A stretch of DNA of 63,927 bases, the filler included, from Sluysia triapertura (taxonomy: Eukaryota), in the NCBI GenBank assembly GCA_046118255.1. It is 5 parts of 5 records of this genome, joined end to end, with 100 filler letters (N's around TTAATTAATTAA, not from the genome) between each part and the next. Parts side by side here need not be neighbours in the genome. Positions count along the whole stretch, not along the records: positions 39,040 to 52,965 come from JBJNIA010013979.1; 4 more parts are not named here. One strand, written 5' to 3'. The notes under the pieces were generated by a model. The model saw nothing but the letters and a program-made list of their open reading frames with translations, did no database searches and had not been told where the DNA came from. Positions within the stretch are counted from its first letter, which is position 1. Each line of letters opens with the position of its first letter. This document shows, piece after piece, positions 38,940 to 51,803 of this stretch. The position numbers and the translations under genes are program-made.

Positions 38940-39039
38940 NNNNNNNNNNNNNNNNNNNNNNNNNNNNNNNNNNNNNNNNNNNNTTAATTAATTAANNNNN
39001 NNNNNNNNNNNNNNNNNNNNNNNNNNNNNNNNNNNNNNN
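38940..39039. other. Artificial contig linker
   Basis: 44 N + TTAATTAATTAA + 44 N. Confidence 0.97.
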
Positions 39040-39342
39040 GTTCTTTTTTACACATATTTGAGAAACGATTTTAATAATTGAAATATATTTGTAGATAATT
39101 TCTTTGTTAGTTTACTATATAATGCAAATTAATTTCTAACTTTTTTGATGTACAACTAATTAAACTCTTAAAAATTATCTAACATTATCTAAGAATTGGT
39201 ATTTTGATAATATATGTGCTGCATCAGTATTGCTTTTAGTATTAATTTGCTATTTAATGTTTTAATATTTAAACAGTTTTCCAGTTAATTTTTATATATT
39301 CCAGTTAATTTCCAGTATTTTTAATAAACCATAAATATACTA

Positions 39343-39978
39343 CCGTGTTTCCCCTAAAATAAAACTTAATCTGATGTTTCAGGATGAATTTAATTTAAGA
39401 CCTACTCCTAAAATAAGCCCTTCTTGACAGCCAATTAGGATACCTAATAAAAGTCAATGAATGGCTTGAGACGGCATTTAAAGCATTCTTTATCATGTAA
39501 TTCTATATTTAAAGAACAATTAGCTTTAAATTACAATACATTCTGAGGTATTTTCATTGTCAAAGCATTCTGGTTCATTTCTTGACTGTGACTGACTGTA
39601 ACTAGATTCTGATAGTGATTCACTTTCAGACAATATTATAGATTTTATTAACAATTGTGAAATCATTTCTCCTTTGATGCACAATATCCGTGAGAATGAA
39701 ATTCTGTTAAATGAAAACTTTGCAGAAACTTTGGAATCCAGTGGCTTGCAAAACATTCCCGATTTTTAAATGATTTAGAGTTAGTGCTTTTTAAACATAA
39801 AACGTGTTTAAAATGTAGATCGGTTTTCATGTTTTTTGTATATTTAGAAATTTCATAATTCTCTACTTTGTAACTTTGTTTTTCGATAGATGAAATTAGG
39901 CCAACCCCCAATATAAGCCCTAGTGCCATATTTTGGAGTGAAAATTAATATAAGCCGTCATTTTTCTGCGAAACACGG
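39343..39978 (+). mobile_element. Non-autonomous Tc1/mariner-superfamily (Tc2/pogo-type) DNA transposon, 636 bp
   Basis: TA|CCGTGTTTCCCCTAAAATAA ... TCATTTTTCTGCGAAACACGG|TA gives terminal inverted repeats and a TA duplication. Subterminal ATAAGCCCT/AAGACCT repeats are typical of this group. Confidence 0.85.
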
Positions 39979-40076
39979 TAGTTATAAATAAGTCAAATAT
40001 TTTAAATTCAAAATTATATAAAAGCATCTATGAGAATTGTACCAATAAAATTATTTATCACGTATGCATATTTTAG

Positions 40077-40244
40077 ATTTCAAAAACCAATGACTGAACC
40101 GTACTCGACTGATGCAGATACATTTGTTTATGTTAAAGTGTCTCTTTCTGCTTCACCATACAATATTCAATTGGTATTACGTGAATGCTATGTAACAGAA
40201 AGTCTTATCAAGGATGCTATTAATGTTAAACTTATAACAGAAGG
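40077..40244 (+). CDS. ZP (zona pellucida) domain protein, ZP-C exon
   Basis: TTTTAG acceptor. PYSTDADTFVYVKVSL...IQLVLRECYVTES...VKLITEG fits the ZP-C pattern. Phase-2 donor GG|GTTAAT. Confidence 0.8.
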
Positions 40245-42060
40245 GTTAATGTTTTTCATTATATTTATCGTAGTGACAAAAAAAGTTCTGTGATCTGATA
40301 AAAACAAAATTAAAATCTACAAATGAAATAAATTTTAAACTAATTTCTTTTTCATTGTACGATCCATTTTGATCAGTGTTATTGATAGGGTAAGCCTTCT
40401 TGTATCGATGGATGCTATAAAACATTGTAAATATTATTATCCACTTTTAAATTACTTTATATTGAATTTGTTAATGTATAATTATAATCCTCTCTTATAT
40501 TGTCAGTGGCAATCTAAATTCTCTTAGTAATTATTTTACCTTATTTCGTGTAGACTCTTTATCGTCTCACTTTATAAATATTACTTAGATTTAATTTATC
40601 TAGAAGTGTGAGCTCTGATACTCGATTCGATGATCTGAAGTGGAAACGCAAGAGTAAGTTCTTATTATATGTAATATCAACTCAGAGAAATTTAATTTAA
40701 ATTAACGTAAACTGTTATTGTGGATGGCTCTATATCCCTCCTTTGGAGCTCCGTTTTTTGATTAAAAATAACAAATAAATAAGAGTAATGGGTTTAAAAT
40801 TAATTTATTTATAATTTGAAAAATTACAATTTATAAAATTTATAATTTTCTCTTCGTTACAGTAAAAAATTTCAAACTCGATAAAAATTTATTTATAACA
40901 GTTAATAAAAAATTGTTTATGTAAAATAAAACGATAATAATAATAATATTAATAAATTTTAGAGCAATAAATATCACTCACTTGTAATAGAATTTTTAAT
41001 AATCGAAAACCAATTATGAGTTATGTCCTTAAGTTTGGAACTTCGGCAATCAGTTGTACTCTGCTTTTAGGCTGCGTAGTTCCAGCAATCAATGTTAATT
41101 TGCAGGTATAATTCAAAATTTTGATGTTTCTTTTATTTTCAATAATCAGTTCAAAATACTGTTCTTTCTTTGAGGTCTTAATTATCGACTTAAAAAAATT
41201 TTCTCTTATACTGCTTATTTATTTTCATGTGCTCTCTTTATATTATATTTTATTAATATTTGATTGTTTAATTTTTATAATAAAATTTCACCATGTATTT
41301 CGGTGCATAATAATTTTGTCAATAAGTAATAATAGTGTGTATAAAACTTCAATATTTCAATGATCGTAATAATAAAAGTAATAAAACATGATAAAATTTT
41401 GTTACCAATATTTCAATGATAGAACAAAATGATTTTGCTAATAAATTATAATAAGTAATAAAATAATAAAATTTAGCTATGTTTCGGTAATAACATAATA
41501 ATTTTGTTACTAAATAATAATAAATTAGCATAATAATTTTCATAATAAGTAATGAATATTACGCTCTCCTGAATGTTTGCATTTGTAGTTTATATTTTAT
41601 ATTGATTCTCATTTAAAGATGATTTTTCTCGATTATAATCCTTTTAATTTTGAAATCACGTTATTTTCTCTATTCTGCCCAACGTTATTTTATTATGATT
41701 TTAATCGAAAGTAATGTTATTAATTTTTAATTACATACTAGTTTTATTTAGTCTCAATTTAATATTAGAATGATCTTTATGATCTTAAAGTTTTATGTTA
41801 CATTCTTCTTACAGAATCTTATTTTAAAATGATTATTTATTTAGTTTCCATTTAAAACTAGTTACTATTTGTTATTAAAATTTGAATTTATATTAACTCT
41901 TTGAATCTCATTTTAAATTGATATAAAGCATTATAATCTTAATGATAATGATTTTTATTTTATTTTAGAATAATTTTATTTTAAATAAATTTAAATTAGA
42001 TGAATTTTAGATTTGATTTAAAAATTGAAGAATGAATAAATATAAAAATGGATAAGTATT

Positions 42061-43250
42061 ATGTTACATTATTATCCAAACGCTTTTGATCGAAAATTTC
42101 AGTTTCCTCAGTTTCTTTATCTTGACATCACTTTTCTTACATATGTTTCTTTAAAAGAGATAATGGATAGAAGTCACTTATTCAGGTTTTCGTTTCTCAA
42201 TGTATTATCATTGATTATCAATGTATTATTTCTTGATTCTGTCATAGCAGCAAAATTGGGTTCTTAAAACAATTTATTGTAAAATGAGAACCATTACTTT
42301 TAAATTAGGATGACTTTATAAATATTTAATCAAAATTTAAATAACCAAGTGAATCAGTAACTAATTTCATGTTTCATGCATTATGAAAAGATGTGATTTT
42401 ATCATTTAATAGTTCTCAAATTGAAGGTAAAAAGAGAAACTATTTTAAATTATAGTGATGCAGAAAATACAACATTACGTTCTAGTTGATACGATTAGGA
42501 TAAACATCATATAGTAAATTAGATTGAACAGTTGAAAAAATTTGCAGCATGTGATTCATTGTCATTAGATTTTTTCTATCAACCAAAATCTTTGATTTTA
42601 GTTGCACATGTTTACATGAAATGATAAAGAAATATTAAGTTTCTGCTTTAGTCTGATAAAGTTAGTGATTCAAAGTTGTCTTGATGATGCAAAATTATAT
42701 GGAATACGAGTTAATGTCATCAATTAAGCCTACAAAAATCAAATGACATTTATACCATAATGACAACTTGGATTTTATAAAGATAAGGTTTCTCTTTGTT
42801 TTGGATAAATTTTTTGCAACTGATACAATGTACCAGAAATGATACATCAATAATAATGTCGAATCATTTAGTCTGTGTCGATATACAGACTATCGAAATA
42901 CAAGCTTATGTTGATTTTTATAATTTACAATTGGTTATTATATAGTATGTGCAATAAATTATTAGAAACTTGTGATATCTTTATAAGTGCTGTGGTTTTT
43001 CTTAATACTGAGGTTGTTTCAATGAAAAATCTACAATCACAATTTATTTTAAATATATAGTAGTAATTTCACTGTGATCAAAGTCTTATATACTTAAGGA
43101 ATTGTCTACAGGATTTAAAATTAAAGAAAGAAAAATCAACTCATGGAGGTCAAATATATGATTACGCTTACCTAACTTAAATATCTATGCTTGCAATAAT
43201 TGCCAAAACAAGACTATAAAATATGCTCAATAAATTGGTTTTGAGTTTAT
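42061..43250 (+). mobile_element. Highly decayed hAT-type transposase remnant inside the ZP intron
   Basis: LETCDI resembles the catalytic DET.DIS, and LRNCLQDLKLKKEKSTHGGQIYDYA resembles L..L.L....GQ.YD.A, in the expected order. Many stops. Confidence 0.45.
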
Positions 43251-44558
43251 AACTCATTGACTTTGTTTCTGGTATTTATTAGATTAATTAACATATGATT
43301 TAAGTCCTTTAAAATATGACCTGAAAATAAAATATACAAATTCGATTAATTTTAATAATTTATGACTCTATAAATCACTTCTTATTTTTTTAAGTTCTTA
43401 TCTAAAATAGGACAACAAAATCTCGTCCTGATATTTATAGTTTTTGTGAGGGATAATTGATTAACAAGTTTAATTCATTATGTATGCAATATTTTAATCA
43501 ACTAAGAATTTCATAAATGTATAAAAGGAATAAGGTTACAAATATAAATCTTACTAATATAAAGCTTACAGATATAATAATTACTGATGAATTTCAATTG
43601 GAAGTTTTATTATTACTGAAAATATTTTGCTCGGATTTTACTTTAAATAAGTCCGTATAGAAATTAGAATTATTTTTCAGCAAATTGAATTTGTAAAACC
43701 GTTTAATTTTGTGTCTGGATTAAAATATGTAATCGATACTAAAAGAATTGCATTAATATTGAATTTCAAAATAATTGTGCATAAAAAATTATTGAGCTTC
43801 AGATAAAATATAATGAATAAAGTTGAATTTATTCTTTTTAGTAATGAACATTTTATTGTCAAAAAATTTGTATTCTCTTATTTTTCAGCAATTGTAATAC
43901 TTTGAAATTTATATATTGATTATATAAATCGAGGTTAAGTACATTTTTCTAAGCAGGCTAAACCCTAGTTACTAATATCGCTTGTTTTTAATTTTTTAAC
44001 CGCCGACATAGTTCAGGGCTACAATTAAAAATATTTATATTGCAATTATTTTGTCTAAAAGAAGATTGACTTATACTTACAAAATGATTCTGGAGATTAG
44101 TTCGCCTAATTAGACACGATTTAAATCTGGACTAAGACTCTCTAATTAGAATTTTAATAATAAATTTCAACGTAGTGATTAAGCTTACTTGAGGGAATTT
44201 AATGCAAATTGTAATGTGATAAACAAGGTACTCAAAAAAATTGTAAAAATTGAAATAATGCTTTATTAGCTTGTTACTGAATAACAATATGTAATATGAA
44301 TTAAACTGTATTCAAAAGGTCGTGCGTAATATTATTCAAAATAGATGTTTCACCAATATATAAATTTATCAAAACGTTAAGTCAGCCTGTTACGTGGACA
44401 AAGTGAATAGAAATTAAAAATTTAAACAGCCATTTACGGTCTGATATACCTATTAAAATTTTAATTTATTTCCAACAAATGACTTATAATTGTTGGGGTA
44501 AAAGGCCTAAAAGTGCCATTTGGTAAAATTGAATTTAATAAAATGAAATTGTTAGATG

Positions 44559-44630
44559 GGACTGATAGCTCAGTGGTAGAGAATTCGCACTGCGCATCGA
44601 AGGTCCCGGGTTCGATCCCCGGTCAGTCCA
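44559..44630 (+). pseudogene. tRNA-like sequence (tRNA pseudogene or SINE head); anticodon not assignable
   Basis: Perfect acceptor stem GGACTGA/TCAGTCC, A box TAGCTCAGTGG, T arm CCGGG-TTCGATC-CCCGG and TTTT downstream. The anticodon arm does not fold canonically: TGC sits at 34-36 but there is no U33 and no G3:U70. Confidence 0.75.
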
Positions 44631-45440
44631 TTTTATGAAGTCTAACATAATTAAATAATACAATATACCAAGATGTATTATCTACATAAAACGTACTCTT
44701 GAGAAAACAAAAATTATTTATACAAAATACAAGTATAATAATAATAAAGATTTCGACACCTTAAGATTAACTCTTAGGTGCGAAAAATAGGACAAATAGT
44801 TAAATTTTAAGTCGTATTTTAAATATATCCTATCAATTACGATTAGGATTTTAATGTAAACTTATTTTAAAAACTTTATCCTTTCATGTATTTTGATCAT
44901 AAAGCTTGATCATAACTCTTGATTACGAATTTGTAGGTTGAACTATTTTCTTATAATTGTGTTGTTTTTGATTAAATTTTCTTGTATTTATATAAAATCC
45001 TATGTCGCCATATTGCATATTTATCAATTGATTTATTTAAACGGACGATAAAATAATTTATTTAAACAAAGAAATTCATTAAATTTTTTTGATTTTTATA
45101 TTTATTAAATATTTTATTTTAATTTTTTGATTAATTACTTTATTTTAATATTTAATTTTTGAGATTTGATTTATTTTATGAAATATTTTAATTCTTATAT
45201 TTACTTAATTTTTATATTTATATATGTTAAACATATTGTTATTTTATAATAAAGATAATATTTAAATAATAAAATATAAATAATAAGATAATAAAAACAA
45301 TGTTCAATGTTTTTTAATGTTAATATGCGACTTCAACAATACTTAGAATACAATAATTTCAGAAAATTTTTATTAACATACCTAATATATGTAAAGAGGT
45401 TTCAGTTACCTGTTACCTGGGATTATAATAATTATGATAA

Positions 45441-45490
<50 letters not shown>
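45441..45490. repeat. (AAT)n microsatellite
   Basis: Perfect trinucleotide run; it explains the poly-I and poly-Y ORFs. Confidence 0.95.
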
Positions 45491-45491
<1 letters not shown>

Positions 45492-48400
45492 CTTTTAGCT
45501 GAAAAATAAAACAAATAAACATAATATAAAATAAATAAAAACTACTTATTGTAATTGAAATCTTCAATTTTCTGAAATGAAAATAAATACTGAAACTAAA
45601 ATAAATAAAGAACAAAATTTTATTTATTTAATTTAAATAAATAAAAAATTATTATCAGAACTTATTTTATTTTATTTCTTAATTTAAAAGCTTTAATTGT
45701 AAACAATTGAATGAATATGTAAAGGTTCCAACATACAATACTACAATGTTGGTGTAGGCTGCTCAATTATTTTTAATTTGGTAATTCATCATTTTTGGTA
45801 CATTGCTAAATCAGTAAACTTAAACTGTGGTTTTTTAATTTGTTAATTCTTAATTTGAGGTACGCTGTTGATAATTTGGCAAATCATAAATTGTGGTAAG
45901 CTGTTCGAAAATTGCTACGTTATTCGAGTTATTGGTAATTGAAAACGTTATTGTGACCATATATCCATTCAATTATTAAACAAAAAACGAAAGGAAAATT
46001 TTTGTAAGTTTTATAGTCGTAAGAATTGTCTTAGTTTATTAAGACGTAATTTTGACTTAAACTATCTAATAAAAATCATCTCTAATTTTCGTTAGAGACA
46101 ATTTGTTTAACAAAATATTCATTCTTACTAGAGCTCTTTGTTTTCAAATAACAAGTATTATATAATTTACATTTTGTTATTTTTATATATTTGCCTTATA
46201 TAAGTTGTATATTTTAGGACTTTGTACTATTTAGTTATTATAATTGTATTAATTAATATAGTGCAATTTTGATAATATAATTTACAGATTTGTGGATTTT
46301 TGTTTTACTAGGAAGAATTTATTAACAACCAGAAATTAATTAATCAATGTATAAAAAATACGAGTTGAGAGTGATAAAGACAAAAGACAAAAAAATTAAA
46401 TAAAATTTATTGTTCCTTAGCGAGTTATAATTGAATTAATGGAAAGCTAAGTTAACCTGGTGAATAATGACAGAAATATCGGATAAATTTTAAGATTAAT
46501 AAATAACAAGTTTTAAACTAGTAAAAGATTGATAAAGTTTTAAGAAAAATAAGTTGCGAAGAAAATTACAATACTCATTAAAAAAAGTAAAAATATTAAG
46601 ATACGAATTACCACCGCCCAGTAAAAGTTTTCAGACACTTGTTAAATAATAGTTAAATCCTACATGAACGTCGCCATAAGCTTAATTCATCAAATATAGG
46701 CGGACCTAAATATTAAAATCTAATTTGTTAGTAATCATATTAAAAGACTACCATATACAATCACAATAATACGCATTACTTTTAAATGGGTTCGAAATGG
46801 ATGCCACTTGTAAATATTATTTCTAATAATTACTTTTAATAAATTCTATTGTAAATATTATTTTTAATAAATTCTAATAATTATTATTTCTAATTCTAAA
46901 ATGATCATTGTAAATTATTGTAAATTTATTAGAAATAAATCATTGTAATTTATTGTAATTATCTTAAAATATTTTGTAAATATTAATTGTAAAAATTTAA
47001 CAAATTAGTGTCAGATATATCTAATATTGAAAAGAAATTAAATATTGTTAAATTCAAATAAAAAAGAAAATTATAAAATATTTACAATGTTTTATTGGTT
47101 ATTTATTATATAATTATTGTATGCTCTCATAATAAAAATTTATTATTCTAATAAAAATCAAATTAAATTCAAATAATAAAAGAATCATAAAATTTTCAAA
47201 GAAAATGATTGAACACTATTGAATTGTGACAAATGCTGAAGGCAAAAAACGCATATAAGATATTACAACGGAATTTTTAGAACAAAAGTTATATAAAGAT
47301 ATATAAAGTTATATAAATCTTGATTCATCGATTTTACAAGAAGAATTATTTAAACAACTAAAGAAGCAGATTAATCTCGATATTTCGGACCATCGTTATA
47401 TTATCAATGTCGAATTTTTTGGAGAATTAAAGGACTTCGGATCCAGCGTTATATTACCAATATCGAATTTATGGAAAACTAATCCCATTATAATTCAAAG
47501 TGATAAAGTAAGATCATAATTATAAGTTTGCTTGAATAAATTAGCGTTAATTTCATACTTAAAATCTTTAAATTGTTTCAAAACCTAAGTATTAAACCTG
47601 GATTAAAATCTTATTAAAATCTCTTGAAATAATGTTAAGAAATTATATCTTTCGGTTCAATTATTATTTTTATTATATTTGTTTTATCATATTTTATTAA
47701 CATTTTTGTATCGTATTTTAATAAATTTATTCTGTATCGCTTTAATCAATTATTGAGATAAATTTCGAATTAGTTAAAGAAGTAATCAAAGGTTTAAATA
47801 AAAGAGAGATTAATTATAAGTAGTTCTAATTGAATTTAGGAAGAAACATACAAGTTATTAGTAAAAGACAATTTTTTTAAATAAGAAAGTATAAACCAAG
47901 TGTAACATAAAGGCAAAATATTAAATAAGGACTCTCTGACATATTAGAAATTCATTGGATAAATAATTATTGTCCTTATTTCAAAGAGTAGGGAAACTTT
48001 TCTGTATATAAGTCTACTACAGGCGGACCCGATTTTTTAAATTATAATTGTTAGGTTAAAAAATAAGAGAAAAATCAACACACTTATGTTAGTTCAGCAT
48101 TTGTACTGACTGGTGATTGGTACATTTCCCCACTTTATGAAGCAACGAATATGTGCGTCAGGTATCGTGATACGATAGAAATAGAAAATCAGCTAGCCAA
48201 TGTCCATTAGGAAATGTTTGTTTTTCAAATAAAAGATTAATTTATAAAAACCAATGAGTGGATCAGTTAAAAAGCTTGCGGGGGTCACTGTCTGCTTGCC
48301 CTAGTATAACAATAACTTTATTATTATTATTATTACTATTTGTAGTGATTCACAGCTCAAAATTTAATATTACCAAATTATCCGTCCACATAAAACAGAA

Positions 48401-48919
48401 ATTATTTTTACAACAGTCTATAATCACGCAAATTACTCAATTTCTCTTTCATCACAGACAGATCTTTACTTTGTTTATTTTTTTTAAATTTGGTAATTCA
48501 CTTTCAGGTATGGCATGGCTGGTTTTAACGTCTTGTTCTTTAATTCTTGGCTATTATTTCAGGTGTTTAATAATTTAATTAAACGTTGCGATCTAAATAA
48601 AATAAATTTCGTTCGTTAATGCTTCGTTAATAAGTATTTTAAAGTGTTTATTTGTATCTAGTTTATATTTATCAATTGAAAAAATTAATTTTCATTTCAA
48701 CTTTTAAAATTAATTATTCAGTATAAGTCATATTGTACCTATTATTATTAGATATATTAAAAAGAAATTTAAATGCAATTTTTTAAATAAAATACATAAA
48801 GAATAATCTAAATTATTAATTGTTACTTTTAAATATTGTTGAATTTTATCTTAGTGTTTTTATATTAATAAAAGTAACATTTTTATATTAAAATATTAAT
48901 TGATTGATGAAAATTAAAC

Positions 48920-49630
48920 ATGGAGTTTAATGTTTGTGCTCAATTTGTGTACCAGTTTTATTCAATGACTTCAAAAACGATTAATACGTCAAATAAGAAA
49001 CTACAAAAGACAATTTCTAATTTAGTCTCAACAGTTATTATGTATTTAAGTCAACAGACTGTTCAGTATCATAAATTAAGAAACATTTTTGGTGTTTTAA
49101 GTATTAATATAGACAATGATATAGATATTAAAATTCATAATGGACTACCTTTTATTTTTGTTGTTTTTGATGATAAATATTATGTTCAAGATGCTGTACG
49201 TGATCATTATGTTAATGATTTAGATGTATTTTCTTCACAAACTGAATTTTTTCTTGATTTTAAACGAAGTACTTCAAGTCGTCATAACTATAAAGATCCT
49301 AGATTTGATCACGATTCAGATAACAGACATAGTAGTAATATTAGTAATAATGAACATTTAGTACCAAACAAAATGTATATACCAAGTTGTAATATTAGTA
49401 ATAGTGACCATTTAATACCACACGAAATGTACGTACCAAAATCATTTAGACACTACTCATCCATTAGTATTTATTACAATTATTATCGTAATATTGCTCG
49501 TATTCATAATTATAATAACATTAATTCTATCTATCAACATAGAATTATTCTATTCCTTATCATGTATTATCAACATCTCCAGCTTCACTCGGCTCGTCAA
49601 ACAATGTTTGTAAACATCAAAAATTATTAA
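48920..49630 (+). CDS. Intronless 236-aa ORF with a diverged SRSF1/SRSF9-like RRM and a 2 x 18-aa repeat, nested in the ZP intron
   Basis: DIDIKIHNGLPFIFVVFDDKYYVQDAVRDHYVNDLDVFSSQTEF aligns with SRSF1 RRM1 [45 protein letters not shown] (recalled sequence). A 54-bp tandem duplication starts at 49334 and 49388. Confidence 0.6.
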   Translation: MEFNVCAQFVYQFYSMTSKTINTSNKKLQKTISNLVSTVIMYLSQQTVQYHKLRNIFGVLSINIDNDIDIKIHNGLPFIFVVFDDKYYVQDAVRDHYVNDLDVFSSQTEFFLDFKRSTSSRHNYKDPRFDHDSDNRHSSNISNNEHLVPNKMYIPSCNISNSDHLIPHEMYVPKSFRHYSSISIYYNYYRNIARIHNYNNINSIYQHRIILFLIMYYQHLQLHSARQTMFVNIKNY

Positions 49631-50100
49631 ACCTTTTTTGTGTCATTATTAAGAAATTTTATTCTCTTGATTTTTATTCTGAAATTTTTGTCTAAAAGTT
49701 GTGTTTTATATAATAAATTAACCAAAACCTATTTTTTTATTTACGAATTTAATATTGATAAAGTAAGGGTCCTTAATACCCATTTATATATTAAATATTA
49801 GAGCAATTTCGTAATCATATTACCAAAAATTAAAACTTTTATTTTACTAACTGATAAAAGAGTTTTTATTAATGATTAATGTTCCCAATTTTATAAACAT
49901 CTTCCAATACAACCATTCCAACTATTTGTATTAAATTATTATTAAAGTAGTATAATAAAGTAATATAGTAGTATACATATAAAGTAGTAAAGTAGTAATA
50001 AAGTAATAAAGTAGTATACATATACGCTATTCAGTATTGAAGAGTTAATTGAGTAATTGTTATTACGATTATAAATAATGTTTTTTTAATTATAAATCAG

Positions 50101-50338
50101 ATGTTCCCAGTCCTCTTACGATGTGACTTTGTATTCCTTGGATAAAACAAATGTTGGATTTCGTTTCAAACCAAATGGAATGGCAAATACATTTCCATCT
50201 AAACAAGGCTATATAATTTGTGAAGCTATGAAATGTTTTTCGTCATCAGATGATGCTTGCAAATATTGTGTTCCAAGAAAAAAACGAAGTATGATAAAAT
50301 ATGAATCAACTCCACTTATTTTTAAGAAATTATGTTAG
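50101..50338 (+). CDS. ZP domain protein, next exon (end of ZP-C and furin site)
   Basis: ATCAG acceptor at 50100 is phase-compatible and restores LITEG-C. It continues GFRF...YIICEAMKC...C..C followed by the furin consensus RKKR. The true 3' boundary is uncertain (possible donor near 50334). Confidence 0.8.
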
Positions 50339-50504
50339 CATTTTTTTAAAATAAATACGTTCACTATATATTAACATTTTTCGGTGTAATTTAATATTAT
50401 AATATTATTTCTAATGGAAATTTAGTGATGTAGCTAATGATTGTTAATAATTAAATTTATTAAATTTATATGATTTATTATTATTATTCATTATCTATTT
50501 CAAG

Positions 50505-51640
50505 TGTAGTGGTCAACTCTAACAACTTAAAATTTATCAAAACATTACCCTCAACATCCATAACTAAAAACTTCACTAAAACATAATTTCTAAAACAATC
50601 ACACTTCTTACTATCGAACTACATCAACTCAATCATCATAAGCAACACTCCACATTCATAATATCCTAACTACTCACATATAGCAACAACGCGATTAACA
50701 CTCTCAATCATTCACTCCACACTTTACCTTGATAATTAATCTCGAATAATTCACAATATTCACTTAAAAGCGATCTCATCAACCAAACCATAACCATAAT
50801 ATACAATACACAAATCACAAGTACAATAACACCACTTAACAACATTAACACGTACCCCATACATAGATAACAATTTCATTCAAACTGCCAACCAACTACA
50901 CGAAACCAAACCAACTTCATTTACACATATTCATCATCAACATTTATTCTTAACAACATTATAAATACGTTAAGATTTATTTTGTAATCGTCGTTTAAAA
51001 CTAAATAAACTACAACCTTTCAATAACCATCTCAAACTATCATATTCAAGGCATAAATCTTATTTTCAATCACAAATCTTTAATAAATTTTAATAATTTA
51101 TTCTAACATTCTTCGTTTCAAATACAAATCAAATTATTTCTTTACCTTTAGAAATAAATACAATAAAACTTTAGAGAACTCATTATCTCAATATGAAACA
51201 ATAACGATAACCGAGACGCAATATACCTCGTTACCGTTGTTCTTTCACAGCATGTCATCAATTTTTGTTTTTTTATCATTTTATATATCAGAAATAAAAG
51301 AATATAAAAGAAAAGCTGTTGTAGGTTATTAAAAGAAAGTTTTATGCTTTTTCTTTAATAATAATAATAGTAATAATCTTAATGTTGTTATTATTGTTAT
51401 TAGTTTTATTATTATTATTATTTATGTTAATAAACAATTAAAAATAAAAATACTCACATTTTGATGATAAATCTGGTTACTGCCATCACCAGTGTTGACA
51501 GTCTATGTCACATTTTCATTAGGCTGTCAGAGCTGATGATGTTCCTCATTTTCATGTTAGTCCAATTATAAAACATCACCCAATCAAACTAATTCTTCCT
51601 AATCTTGCTTACTTGTAGTCTGATTGAGCAGATTAAAAAT
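50505..51640 (+). mobile_element. TGT-ended cassette arm and promoter box upstream of the ELAV-like cargo
   Basis: Starts TGTAGTGGTCAACTC, followed by about 600 bp that is strongly A/C-skewed and a (TAA)/(TAT)n tract at 51356-51425. TTACTGCCATCACCAGTGTTGACAGT...CTGTCA lies at 51477-51529, with CCAAT at about 51562 and 51580. Confidence 0.65.
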
Positions 51641-51803
51641 AGCATATCACATTACAATAATTTTTTCGGTTATACACGGTCACTTTTAAAAAAAATAGTA
51701 CAAGCAGTAAAAATTTCTGAATACTATTCAACAAAAATATATCATTGAATAATTAAAGTGTGGAATTTAATACGAAATTCAACAAGCTCCGATTAATACT
51801 AAT

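Noticed and set aside
40611-40623. Reverse PBS-like GTATCAGAGC
   Set aside because: It lacks the TGG and I could not define an adjacent LTR.
45307-45615. Poly-Ile and poly-Tyr ORFs
   Set aside because: These are translations of an (AAT)n microsatellite.
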